DNA of 64,000 bases from the human T2T-CHM13v2.0 reference genome, Homo sapiens. A model generated the notes under the pieces. That model saw nothing but the letters and a program-made list of their open reading frames with translations. It was not told the origin of the DNA and did not search any database. The stretch is taken from positions 30,592,001 through 30,656,000 of the forward strand of contig CP068257.2 of NCBI GenBank assembly GCA_009914755.4, in the 5' to 3' direction. Positions 1-19,854 of this stretch are shown here, one piece after another (positions within the stretch are counted from its first letter, which is position 1; each line of letters opens with the position of its first letter). Both the position numbers and the translations under genes were made by a program.

Positions 1-323
1 CCAAACAATAACAGTGGGAGACTTTAGCACCCCACTAACAATATTAGACAGATCAACGAGACAGAAAATTAACAAGGATATTCAGGACTTGAACTCAGCT
101 CTGGACCAAAAGGACCTAATAGAAATCTACAGAACTCTCCACACCAAATCAACAGAATATACATTGATCTCAGCACGACATAGCACTTACTCTACAATTA
201 ACCACATAATTGGAAGTAAAACTCTCCTCAGCAAATGCAAAAGAACAAGAATCATAAAAAACAGTCTCTCAGACCACAGTGCAATCAAATTAGAAATCAG
301 GATTAAGAAACTCACTCAAAACC

Positions 324-640
324 AGCCAGGCGTGGTGGCTCATGCCTGTAATCCCAACACTTTGGGAGGCCAAGGCGGGCGGGTCACGAGGTCAGGAGAT
401 CAAGACCATCCTGGCTAACATGGTGAAACCCTGTCTCTACTAAAAATACAAAAAAATTAGCCAGGTGTGGTGGTGGGCACCTGTAGTCCCATCTACTTGG
501 GAGGCTAAAGGAGGAGAACAGTGTGAACCTGGCAGGCGGAGCTTGCTTGCAGTGAGCTGAGATTGCGCTACTGCACTCCAGCCTGGGTGACAGAACAAGA
601 CTCCGTCTCAAAAAAAAAAAAAAAAAAAGAAAGAAAGAAA
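324..640 (+). mobile_element. Alu (AluS/Y-like), full length with A-rich/(GAAA)n tail, inserted into L1 ORF2.
   Basis: Canonical Alu dimer sequence. It is flanked by a perfect 17-bp direct repeat 'gaaactcactcaaaacc' at 307-323 and 641-657. Confidence 0.9.
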
Positions 641-902
641 GAAACTCACTCAAAACCTCACAACTACAAGGGAACTGAGCAACCTGCTCCTGAATGACTA
701 CCGGGTAAATAACAAAATTAACGCAGATATAAAGAAGTTCTTTGAAATCAATGAGAACCAAGACACAACATACCAGAATCTCTAGGACACAGCTAAAGCA
801 GTGTTTAGAGGGAAATTTATAGCACTAAATGCCCACATGAGAACATGGGAAAGATCAAGAACTGACACCCTAACATCATGATTAAAAGAACTAGAGAAGT
901 AA

Positions 903-1040
<138 letters not shown>

Positions 1041-1589
1041 TAGATGGAACGCCAGCCAGAGCAATAAAGAAGAAAAGAGAGAAGAATCAAATAGACACAA
1101 TAAAAAATGACTAAGGGGATATCACCACTGATCCCACAGAAATACAAACTACCATCAGAGAATACTATAAACACATCTACACAAATAAACCAGAAAATCT
1201 AGAAGAAATGGATAAATTCCTGGGCACATACACCCTCCCAAGACTAAACCAGGAAGAAGTCGAATCCCTGAATAGACCAATAACAACTTCTGAAATTGAG
1301 GCAGTGATTAATAGCTTACCAACCAAAAAAAGGCCAAGACCAGATGGATTCACAGCCAAATTCTACCTGAGGTAAAAGAGGAGCTGGTACCATTCCTTCT
1401 GAAACTATTCCAAACAATAGAAAAAGAGGAACTCCTCCCTAACTCATTTTATGAGGCCAGCATCATCCTGATACCAAAACCTGACAGAGACACAACAAAA
1501 AAAGAAAATTTCAGGCCAATATCCCTGATGAACATCAATGCAAAAATCCTCAACAAAATAATGGCCAACCAAATCCAGTAGTATATTAA

Positions 1590-3749
<2,160 letters not shown>

Positions 3750-3989
3750 ACAATGAGATCACATGGACACATGAAGGGGAATATCACACTCTGGGGACTG
3801 TGGTGGGGTGGGGGGAGCGGGGAGGGATAGCATTGGGAGATATACCTAAGGCTAGATGACGAGTTAGTGGGTGCAGCACACCAGCATGGCACATGTATAC
3901 ATATGTAACTAACCTGCACAATGTGCACATGTACCCTAAAACTTAAAGTATAATAAAAAAAAAAAGAAAAAAAAAGTTTTTCATAAAAA

Positions 3990-6610
<2,621 letters not shown>

Positions 6611-7964
6611 TCACCTATATATGCTTCTAGTTTTCATTTTTAAGTATTTAAATCTTTTATTTTCTTTTATTTCAGCACAAGCAATCTAGTTTTTTTTTCC
6701 AAATGGCTGCCACTAATTCTAATGTTATGTATTAAATGTATCTTTTCCTCACTGATTTGAAATACTGCCCTCTAAATTCCCAAAGTATTTCTTAATTACT
6801 ATGTTTCTTAGTCCCTTGGGATTCTTACAAAACCTGTGTTAACTGGATATATGTCAAAAAAACAAATGAGATAAATAAGAGAATGGAAATATTCACCTAA
6901 GGGTAAGTCAGCAGGAAAGTTCTTCAAGGACATAGTCATTTTAACCAAGTGCTATGTCTAAAGTTCAGTTAGATGGTCTGCATCTGCAGCAGGTGCCAGG
7001 CAAACAAGCAAGAGGGCAAGGATCTAGGGCAATCTGGGGTTTTGTGGCCCTCTTACTGTAAAATCCTTCCCATTAGAGTTCTTGGATTTTTGCGAGAGCA
7101 TGGTGGTTTTTAATAAGCGCATAACCGAAAGAAGGCTTTGCACTTCAAAGCCTGTTGTAATTACCCGCTGCATTAGTAAAGTAAGACCAGTTGCAACAAG
7201 AACTTTAAGTGTTTCATGGCATCTCTTTGCAGCAAGACAGCCTTTCTGAAGGTGACTGCAGACAGACATGGTCCCGCATCTTTGCCAAATACAGAATCAA
7301 CTCAGCATCTCACTGACACTAATTATCAGCTTGTGTTTATTCACATCACAGAAAAGAGCTTAATTTACATAATACATATTGGTCAATTCTTTGCTTTTGA
7401 ACTTCACCTTTGCCCATCAGCGGATCAATATGTATTTAATCTTCTGTTTTAGAACTGATTTTAAGACTCACAGTAAGAGGCCCAGATTTCACAATCATTA
7501 ATTGCTATTATCAGCCCCTTTTCATTTCCTAAACATCAGCAATTTCTTAAAGTTCTGCTTTCATTCCTTTATTAAGTTATCCCTTCTTGTTCATCACTTG
7601 GTTCTACTGTGTCTTTCAACAAAGTACAGAGTTTACAACTAGCCAATAATGTAAAACAAAAGAATGCTCTGAAATTTTCCATTGATTCTCCAGTCTATCT
7701 GACCTCATCAACAACTGCATGCAAAACTCAAGTCGTCTGACCATTTCCTGATGGATGCTATCAAGTACTTCCAAAGTTCCAGATAGGTCTGCCAAAGGGT
7801 AGAGGACTCAGATTCTTCCTTTCTCTCTTTTAAATAAGAACTGAATTATCATCTTTGGATGGCTAATTATTCTATATATTACAGTGTAACTGGTTGCTCC
7901 CTAAATTTTCATATTTTCAAGTATATCAAAATATACTATACTCCTGACTAGCATCAGGAGAATC

Positions 7965-8125
7965 TGCCATTCCTTCATCACCTAATTCAGGCAAGTCACT
8001 TAATCTCTCTGGGTCTTAGTATCCTCATCTATAAAATGGATTAACAATAGAGCATTTTTGGAAATTATACGATAACCTGAATAATGTATTTTACACAGAG
8101 CCTGGCTCCCAGGACAAATAAGGGA
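7965..8125 (+). mobile_element. MIR (mammalian-wide interspersed repeat) fragment.
   Basis: The MIR core 'caggcaagtcacttaatctctctgggtcttagtatcctcatctataaaatgg' is present. Confidence 0.6.
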
Positions 8126-8626
8126 CTTAAAGCCCAAATGAAGGACTGTCCTGTTAACAGTATTGCTATCACTGCCATCACGTAGACTAAATAAGGGGTA
8201 GTTACTGAACGGAAGGGAGTCATCTGACTAAATGGTCAGTTGTGTTCCTACCTGCCCGTATATTTACCCTCAACTGATTTTCAACAAGGGAGCCAAATTA
8301 ATTCAATGGAAAAAGAATATTATTTTCAACAAATTATGCTGGAACAACTTGGTATCAATCATGCAAAAGAATGAAGTTGGACTCCTATTTCATACCATAT
8401 ACAAAAATGAACTCAAAATGGATAAAGACCTACAAGTAAGAACCAAAACTCTTACAAGAAAACACAGGGGTAAGTCTTTGTGAGTTTGAATTAGCAATGG
8501 TTTCTTAGATATTACATCAAAAGCACAAATAACAAAAGCAAAAATACACATATATGATTGCATCAAAATTAAAATATTTTGTGCTTTAAAGGACTTCATC
8601 AAGAGAGTGAAAAGACAACCCACACA

Positions 8627-8961
<335 letters not shown>

Positions 8962-9335
8962 TCACATATCTGATAAAGACTTGTATCTAGGATATAAAGA
9001 ATTCCTAAAATTCAATAATAAAAAGACAAATAATCTATTACAAATTGGCAAAGGATCTGAACAAATAAACCATGAAGATAATACAAATGGTCAATAAACA
9101 CACATGAAAAGATACCCAACCTCACTAGCCATCAGGGAAATGCCAGTCACAACCACAATGCGATATCACGTCACACCCACTATGATGGCTAGAATCTAAA
9201 AGACAGATAATAAGTGTTGGCAAGGATGTGGAGAAATTTGAACACTCATATGCTGCTGGTGGGAATGTAAACTAGTGCAGCTACTTTGAAAAACAGTCTA
9301 GCAATGCCTCAAAGTGTTAAACATAAGAGTTAATA

Positions 9336-9618
<283 letters not shown>

Positions 9619-9789
9619 ACCATATGACCCAGCAACCTCTCTGCTGGGTATATTCCCAAAGGAAATGAAATCAGCATCTTGTAGAGACATCTGCATGCCC
9701 ATGTTCACTGCTGCATTATTCACAGTAACCAAGATATGGAAACAACCTAAGCATCTGTCAACAGATGAATGGATAAAGAAACTGTGGTA

Positions 9790-10140
9790 TGTACATGTAT
9801 GTATATATCTATCTCTATCTCTATATATCTATACCTATAGCTATATATCTAGATATTTCTAGGATCTGAGCAAATATACCATGAAGATCTATATATTCAG
9901 ATATAGAGATCTATAGATATATCTAGATATATAGATATATGTGCATACCACAATTTCTTTATCATTCATAGATATAAAGATATATCTATAGATATAGCTA
10001 TATAGATAAATATATGTGCCTACCACAATATATGTATCTATGTGGTATGCATAAATAGATACACATTATATATCTTTATATTACATATATCTTTATATTA
10101 CATATATAAAGATATATATATCTTTAGAGTATCCATCATT
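9790..10140. repeat. AT-rich microsatellite/minisatellite of (TATATC)/(TAGATA)-type units with extensive inverted symmetry.
   Basis: Visible runs 'ctatctctatctctatatatctatacctatagctatatatctagatat...' and mirrored 'atatctagatatatagatatat...'. Confidence 0.85.
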
Positions 10141-12198
10141 TTTAAGGCTGAATAATATCCATTGTATACTGAATAACTTCCATTGTATACAGAATAATAT
10201 TCATTTTGTGTATATATATAATTGAATATTATTCAGCCTTTAAAAAATACAAATATTATTCATCTTTGTGACAACATACATGAACTTGGAGGACATCATG
10301 CTACGTGAAATTAACCAGACACAGAAAGAAAAATGCTGCATGATCTCACTTATATGAAGAAACTTTTAAAGAGTCAAATGCATAGAAACAAAGAATTAAA
10401 ACTGTGGTTACCAGGAAGGTGGAAGGAGAGGGAAGAAATGAAGAGATATAGGTCAAAGGAGACAAAGTTGCAGATAGGCAGGATGAATAAAACCTAGAGA
10501 CCTAATGTACAACATGAGGACTATAGTTATAATATTATATTGTATACTGGAAGCTTGCTAAGAGAGTAGATTTTAGGTGCTCTCTACAGGGTATTAGAGT
10601 GAGCAGAGATGGAGAATCAATGGGAACCTGAAAATGATCATTTTACCTGGTCCAGCTTTGACATACACAGTGAAATTGTTTCTATTTGAAAACAGGAAAG
10701 GCAGTAGTCTAAATTCACTTAACCTCTATATTCTGGGCAAACAAATAATTGTCCAGTTTACAAAAGAGCAACAGGTTTCTTTAAATAGGCCAGTGTTTAA
10801 TTGCTTTCCTGGATGAATTCCTTGTTTTCTGAATAAAGGCATGAGTCAATGAGTTCAATGAGTTCAGCTCAGTTCAGTGAGCACCACAGCTCTTTGCTAT
10901 GTAAATGACCTATTTAGAAATGAATTGCATTTCTGAATTTTTCTCAGCAGCAGTTGTTTTTAACCAAGGTCTTGCACATCAATTGTTCTGTAATCTTCAG
11001 GGTTGGGATGGGGAGAGAAACAAAAGAAATAGCAAATTAATTGTACCGTGTAATCGTAAGAATCTACACTTTGAGGGTTTGCCATTTTGTTGATAGGAAA
11101 AAAAATTGCTATGTGCAGTGATACTGTAATCAAAATGACAAGCAATGGAAAAGGAATTTCAGGCATACTCTCCTGTTTTAAGCTGAAGCACAGAGAATAA
11201 AGTACGTAGCAGCCACGGCTTTGATTCTGGTCAGAATTACTCAGGTTTCCTCTCTACAATTGCTTAACCTTGGCCATCAAATTTTGTGCCACTTCTTATG
11301 CTACCATTGTGGGCATATGGAATCATCCTCCTGGGAGCTGTAATTCGTTTCATCTTATCTTGCAGGCAGGGGACCCTGATTTCATTACCAAGGTTGTAGG
11401 CACAAAATGGGATGGCTAGGGTTCACAATGACCCCCACCCCAACCATGGACTTGTTCTGCTCCCACTCTGCCCCTGGCCATGGCAAATTGATCCAAGGAG
11501 GAAGACGCTGGACTCAAACTGAGCCAAAATTAAAGGGGAACAGAAAGTAAAGGATATTCTACAAACACCTCACCAATACTCCTCAAAACTGTCCAGTCAT
11601 CAAAAACAAGGAAAGTCTGAGAAATTCTGTCTAGAGAAGCCTCGGGAGATATGACTACTAAATGTAATGCAGTGCCCTGGATGGGCTCCTGGGGCAGAAA
11701 AATGATATTAAATAAAAACTAAGGAAATCTGAGTAAACTGTGGAATTTAGGTAATAACAATGTGTCAACATCCGTTCATTATTTGTGACAAATGTACCAT
11801 AGCAGTGTTAACAATAGGGGAAATAGTACAGGGACTCTTTCTAATATTCTTGCAACTTTTCAGTAAACTGAAACTATTCTAAAATTATAAGTTGATCAAA
11901 AAGAAGGAATCAGAGAGACCAGAGGTGGTTGGAGCGGAGGGTTCTGGCCCCACCCTAGAAAGCAGTCCTGATGCTGAGGATGCTGGAGTGGCCCCAATTC
12001 CTGCTCAGCCTTACGGTCTTTCTTTGATCCCATGAGCTCCCTCAATGTGCTTCCCATAGTCCTAATGCCTAACGTGCTGAAGTTACCCAGGAATGAAATC
12101 TGTTGCTTGCAACCAAAGGTTCTTACCAGAAGCTCTGCTTCTGAGTCCTTAGGAAAGAGGTAGTGCCAGATCTCAATTTATAAGGCAATGGTTGGGCC

Positions 12199-12577
12199 AT
12201 GATGTGGTGTGGATGTTTGTCCCCTCCAAATCTCCTGTTGAAATATAATCCCCAATGTTGAAGGTGGGACCCCCTCATGACTGGCTTAGCAGCATCCATG
12301 GTGATGAGTGTGTTCTCACTCGGTTCATGTGAGAACTGCTTGTTTAAAGGAGTCTGAGACCTCCCCCTTGGCTCTCTGGCTCCCTCTCTCATCATGTGAC
12401 ATGCAGGCTCTGCCGTGATTGGAAGCTTCCTGAGGCCTCACTAGAAGCCCAGCAGATGGCCGGCACCACACTTCCTGTACAGCCTACAGAACCATGAGCC
12501 AAGATAAAACCTCTTTTCTTTATAAATTACCCAGCCTTGGGTATTCCTTTATAGCAACACAAGAACGGACTAACAGT
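12199..12577 (+). mobile_element. MaLR solo LTR (THE1/MST-like), plus orientation.
   Basis: Resembles the THE1 consensus: starts 'tgatgtggtgtggatgtttgtcccctccaaatctc...', ends '...ataaattacccagccttgggtattcctttatagcaacacaagaacggactaacag'. Confidence 0.7.
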
Positions 12578-13765
12578 AAGCTGTAATGCAAATCTTATTC
12601 TGTAATTTTCATAACTTTCCTCAGTAAACATTTTACCAGAGCTCTTGAGACAGAGGAGCACCTATTTCATTCTTTCCTCTCCTCTCCTCCCAGCATGGGT
12701 CTCCACAGAGATGACCCATGCCCATGGCAGATATAGCTAATTGATCACAACACTCATTCCCTGAGCATGAATGCAGAGGAGTAGATGCTGTTGGTATTGC
12801 TCCCAGGTCCCTTTTATCACTAAGGGCACCCATTTCCTGGCTGCTATGAATGCCAATACTGGATACTCACAGCTGCCCCCACCTCCACAGAATTGTCTTC
12901 AGCGGAATTGGAGGATCTTCACCTGAGGCGGCCAGCAACCAATAACTGACTAATAAAGTCCAGCCCTCTTGCCTCGAAGTGGGTACAACTCTGAGGTGTG
13001 ATTTATGCTCTACAGGCCTGCATGGGATTAAGCTGAAATTGGGCTGCAGCTGAGACCACATCCCTACATAGCTCCTTCCCCTGCCCTATCTGGTTGCCCT
13101 CACTCCCTTCCTCCAAAGAGCCCCTTTCAATAAACCCAGTGCATCTGAATCCTTGCCTGAGGTTCTGCTTCAGGGAACCCAACACAGTGACTCTGGCAGC
13201 CACTACCACCAATACATAAGTGTTGACACATGAGGTGAAACCTATTTGACATCTCTACTAGGAAAAATACGAACAAATGGGAGAAATTGTGCCAGCAAAA
13301 AAGGAAACATCAACAAAGAAGCTAGAAGCCTATTTAACCACTGGCCCCTGCAAAGGCCAAGGCGAGTGTATAGCCTGCACGTTCTCTGTGGAGACACCGC
13401 GTTCAGGCACGGTTTGAGACCTGCCCACCATCATCCATCATTGGACTGCCTGTCCTCAACCCACCATGGAGAACAAGCTTTTCTAAGGGAAGGACATCTG
13501 CAGGATAAAATGGGAAAAGAGGAAGGTAAAGAGGGACAGCTCTTACTTCCAGGAGCTGTCCTGTCTGATCTCGGAAGGCATTTCTCCTTCCCTTTGAAGA
13601 GTGTCCTGGAGAAGAAGCAGGCTCACTGTCTCAAGAGCCCCCCTGCAAGTGGCATCAGAGAACTCTCACGCAGTTGGGCATTTTTATTACTAAATATAAC
13701 CTGGCCTTTTTTTCTCTGCTATTGTTTAATGCCAACTGTGTTTTATTTAAAATAAAAAAAGAGTG

Positions 13766-14155
<390 letters not shown>

Positions 14156-17100
14156 CTATTTATCTATTTCTGTCTTATGTAGAAGTCCAGGCTAGTATGG
14201 CAGCTCAATGGCATAGCTCTTGAGAGGGTACAGATTCCTCCTCATGTTGCTTTGCCATCTCCAGAGCATCACTCTTGTCTGGTGAGTCCAGCGTGGTTCA
14301 TCATTGCATCTGGACTTCAGCCAGCAGCAAGTGGGAACAGGTAAAGGGGTGGATATGCCCCTTCCTTTTAAGGGCATGACCTGGATCACACATCATCTTA
14401 AGGCTATATTTCCATTCACCAAAAAGTTAAATACACAGCCACATCTACCTGCAAGGGAGGCTGGCAGATGGAGGGTTTAACTTGGGAGCCATGAGTCCAG
14501 CTACCAATGGACTGTTCTATTGCTATGAGTGAAAAGAGAATGGATATGGGGGTACAGTTTGCAGGGCAATGAGATATCAGGAATGCAGGCAAGGGTTTGA
14601 GAGCAGTGATACCTTCTTAGGGAAACTGGGCTGACTTGAGGGTCTCAGACACCCCAATTCATTGCCTCCATTGGATTGTATTACTGTTCCCCCAAATTCT
14701 ACTTTCCTCTCATGGTGCAACACCCCCCACCCCCGCCCTGTAAAAATCAACTTGCTTCAGCCAATGAGATGTGGGCAGAAGTGACGTGTGTTGCTTTCAG
14801 AAGAAAGCTATAAAGGCCAGGCCATGATTCATGGTCTCTTTCTTCTCTTTGCCACAAAACCAGCAATGTTCCAGACAGGCTGTTCCATCAGCCTTGGAAC
14901 TGCAGATGATGTGGGCAGAACCAAGCCTGCCTGAGAGGGTCATGCAGCATGAGAGAGAAACAAACCTTGATGCTGCTGCAAGCCCCTGAGGTTGCCAGGT
15001 TGCTGATGTGTTAGCACAGCATAACTCAGCCTGGCCTGCCAGGTACAGTCCCATGTCCGCCTGCCAGTGAATCCACAGTGGAGTCCATGTCCAAAAAGTA
15101 CAGCCAATTGCCATAGCTTAATAGTACTAATGGCTGCCTTTCACTGAACACTTACAATGGGCTAAGCCTTAATAATTTTAGTAACATTAAAGAAATCATT
15201 TAAGCTTCATTTGGAGTTGATAAGCAAATTACAGATAGTTCCTAATGCTTTCATTTCATAATTGATCACTGAAATGCACATGGGTAACTGGTATTTGAAA
15301 CAACTCTAATGAGTCCTTTTATAAAATAAGAGTCTTTGAGGACGAAGCCCTGCCCCTAAATATATCTTATGAGTTTAGCATTTTACAAATTGCAAAATTG
15401 TAGAATTATATTCCTGATGATTAGGAAAAATGATCATTTTAATTATTTTATTGTTAACATACTATTAGATGGACAGCTAGGATACTCTGACTGTGAGTAG
15501 GGGAGGAACCAACCAGAAGTAGCTAAAAGGCTAAGGATAGTCTTAACAGACCCAATCAGAAGTACAGAGGCAGGGAAGCTTCAGGCTTGGTTCAGTGGCT
15601 CTATGGTGTCATTAAGGACCCAGATGCTCTCCATCTTTCTGCCCTGTAATCCCTGTGTCAGTAATGCCTCCCCTTATGGTTACAAGGAGGCTGCCATAGC
15701 CCCAAGTACCATATCTATATAATATGTCAACATCTGGCAAAAGGAGAGGGGAGAATGGCAGTGTCTCCACACTCATCTCTTCTTCTAAGGCAGAAAAGCC
15801 ATTTTCTAAAGCCCCATCATAGATTTCACCCAACCCCTGTGTCACATGAACACTTTGCCCATGCCTAGCCGCAAGCAAGACAAAGAAGGCAAATTTCTTG
15901 TAAGAATCCACATGGCTAAATTAGTTAGGATAGGATAGGTTGTGCTGCAGTGACAATAACCCCCCAAATCTCAGTGACTTTATACAACTTAGGTTTGTTC
16001 CACATATTCATACTACAAGTCCAAGAAGTCTCTCAGGGATCCAGGATACACCATTTTTAATGTGAGGCCTCCCCATTTCCTACAGCAGGGGATGAGACAG
16101 CTACAGGGTCATACACCAGCTTTTCTTTACTTCAGTCTGGAAATAATTTATGTTCCTTCTACCCACTTTAATCATAACTTGCTCCATGACCCCACCCTGC
16201 TGTAAGTGCTAGACGATGCACAGGGACAGATGAAATTCTGTCTCTGCTATGCTGGCTTTTCCCCACTATCACCATTCCCTCTCTGTTATCCCTTTGCCCC
16301 TTCCTCAATCAACCCCCAATACCATCACCTCTATGCCCTTGTTTGTGTGGTCCATGTCACTCCTCCCTTCCTCAGAACTCTGTGGGTCCCAAGCCCTTCT
16401 TGTATCTTTGTGACTGTACCACTCTAGTGACTTCTGTAAGTCAAAAGCATTCTTTCCTCTGCCTGTTGCTGCTGTCAAGAAGAGGGAGGGGTGATTTTGG
16501 GGAACCATGAATAGAGGAAAAAGGACATCAGAAATTCCTGTTCCAATGTACAATTCGACGTTTGTCAAAGTGTCTAAATAATCATTCCAACCTCACAGTG
16601 TGAGGATTTGTTTCTTGGGGGAAAAAAAAATACCTCTTTTAGTTTTACATAAGAGATACGGATTCCACCTAACATAACATTGTCTTTAGAATTTCAATTG
16701 TGTAAGAAAAAAATTATATATGTGTACTGGGAAAAAATCTTAGCAAAATATTAACAGCATTTACACCTGTGCAATGGGATTATGAGTAACTTATTTTCTT
16801 CTTAACATACAAATGCCATGCTTCAATAGTGGGGGAAGAACTATTTTAAAGAAGTTAAGCTTTTTCATCCCCAAGGTATCACTTCTCTACACTTGCTTTC
16901 CGTCCGACCTTGAGAAGTTAATTCCCAGCACAAATACCAAGTATTATTATTATTAGGGGTTAGTTTTCTGGTGGGGAGGCAGGAGCTAGGGACAAGGGGA
17001 AGGATATTTTACCTGAACTTAAAGTGGAAAGCATTTATGCAATTTTTCATTCCCAGGAGCAATCTTCCAGCTGGACTAAAAATTCCTCGGAACCTAGCTG

Positions 17101-19374
17101 ATACTGATAAGGTTTGACAGAAAATAAAATCCCAATCATTTTCACCCAGAAATGTTGAGCAGAAAACTGAAGTGAGAAAAGAATTTCTATCACCAAAAGC
17201 TTTCTTGTGCTGCTCTTTGTTATTTATAAGATTCTCACCATGAAAGGTTCCCCACGAAGGTGCCATCGCAACCAGGTATGTGCGAGCCGCCTCGGAAGAA
17301 AAATGGATTCTTTGACTGACTGTGAGCCATAGGAGGCTTTTATAATATTCTGACCACAGAAGAGCCACGAGAAAGAAAACAGAACGGGAAAAGGGCTCAG
17401 CATGAGTTCCACCCTTAGGTTTGGTATTTTCTGTTGCTGCTTTTAAACAAAGGAAGCTCAAACTCTATTTAGCCCTCTGAGGAAGAAAAGTGCTACGGGA
17501 TTGGCACATTAATTACATGCCAAGGACATTTTCCTAAGGAGAAAATCTTTGGTGGTTTCAAAGAAAAATACACTGCTGTTGACTGAAAGGGGCTGCTGGG
17601 TTATTCCTGATCACCTTTCCTGAACCACAGACATCTTTTTCTTCTGGGTACTATTGAAACAAAAGAAGTTATAAATAAATAAGTAGGCATCCTTAAAGCA
17701 GAATTCCATTTGAGTTGTTGGGAATTACGTACAAATACGCAGTCCAGGTCTGTGGGGGACACAATGATGTCAATGTCACAGTGCTGCGAACGTTGCATCG
17801 CATTGCTGCAATGTTGGTTCTGGAGACAGCAGAACCAACATCAACCAATTACATGATGCATGGACTGAACCTCTGTGTCCCTTAAATTCATACGTTAAAA
17901 CCTAATCCCCAACATGGTGGTACTGGAATGTCTCTGGACAGGTGATTAGGTCACGAAGGTGAAGCCCTCACGAATGGGATTAGTGTCCTTGTAAGGAGCT
18001 AAAGAGAGGAGAGTTGTCCCTTCCGCCACATGAGTACCCAGCAAGAAGATGCCATCTAGGAACCAAGAGCAGCTGCCACCAGATGCCAAACCTACGGGGC
18101 CTTGTTCTTGGACTTCCCAGCCTCCAGAACTGTGAGAACTAAATTTCTCACAGTTGTTGTTTATAAGCCACCCAGTTGGTGGTATTTTCTTATAGCAGCC
18201 AAAACAAACTAAGACCGTGACCCTGGGCAAAATCAAGGGATACAGCCAGACTTGGTTTCTTCTCCATCTACAGGATGGTGATAATAATAGCACACAAAAA
18301 TGTTGTCACGATTAAATAAGACTTGGATGTACAATATATGTTGCTACACTTACTTGTATTTATACATGAATGCCCTGGTCTTTGTACACAAACATCTGTG
18401 TCTGCAATGGACTGCCACAGACACTGACGCCCAAAAGATGTGGTTTTGGTTTTTTTTAAAGTACCTACTCAAGGAAATTAGTCCAGCCATCCCTTCTCAG
18501 TGAACTCGTACTGCAGAGCGTATTTGCATCCCTCTCCCTTGGATTCATTTATTTGCAGTTTATTTTTCTAGCAGTCACTACAATCCCCATAATACAGGAA
18601 GTCTCATTCATGGCTCATGTCTGGGAGACTTGACAGATGCTGCTTAAATATTTAGAAATTTCTCTTTAAAGAAAGCAGCTGAAACCGAAGCCTGTCAAGC
18701 TGTTAAAATGTGGCCCTATTCCTCAAGTTCACATTTAAATGTTAAGATTATATTTGGCTTTCAGCGTTTCTAGAGAGACCGTAGTGATTTTTATATGTAT
18801 ATTTTTTCAGAGTCAACATAGATGGCACTTACTTTTTCATAACTTTCATATACAATGTCATGACTGAAAACTAAACATGTAACTGACTGTTCACTTTCAG
18901 TTTAAGTAAATCATTTGGTGTGGTTATTACGAAAGTAGAACTTCAAATTCTTTTCCATCCAAAGAAAACACAATTAAAATCCGAGCAACATTCCAGTGGA
19001 GTACTGCTTTATTTGAAGAAGCAAAATGTCTAGCTGACAATAAAAAAAAAAAAAAAAAACTCAAGAAAGCGACAGAGCCAACTGTCAAGGATGTGACACC
19101 AAATGGTAACTTAAGTGTCATCGTTCTTATGATTCTGTCTCAGTGAAGATGGTGTGGCAGGGTGATGGGCTACATCCTATTTCCCTTTCCTTGGAAGGAA
19201 CATGGAGTTCCTGAGAATTTAGGAAGACTTGGAGCCAGCTACCTCGGCCTTGTTGCCTGTCTGCTAGACCAGACTGTCTGAAGCAGAGATGTAAGAAATT
19301 AAACATCAGAGAAGGAACTAGGGCTTCTCAGGCTGGGTTTCTGACATTCTTTCCTCCCCTGGCAGGTGTAATAA

Positions 19375-19854
<480 letters not shown>

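Noticed and set aside
14-418. 134-aa ORF at the window start.
   Set aside because: It is L1 ORF2 sequence reading through into an inserted Alu (the '[18 protein letters not shown]' tail). It is not a gene.
13246-13755. 169-aa plus-strand ORF in unique sequence.
   Set aside because: I recognise no domain or family. It has no Kozak or splice context suggesting an exon, and it runs into an Alu at its 3' end. It is most likely a chance ORF.
17009-17461. 150-aa minus-strand ORF.
   Set aside because: No recognisable similarity or conserved-looking features. It overlaps the plus-strand exon-like signature but in the opposite sense. Treated as a chance ORF.
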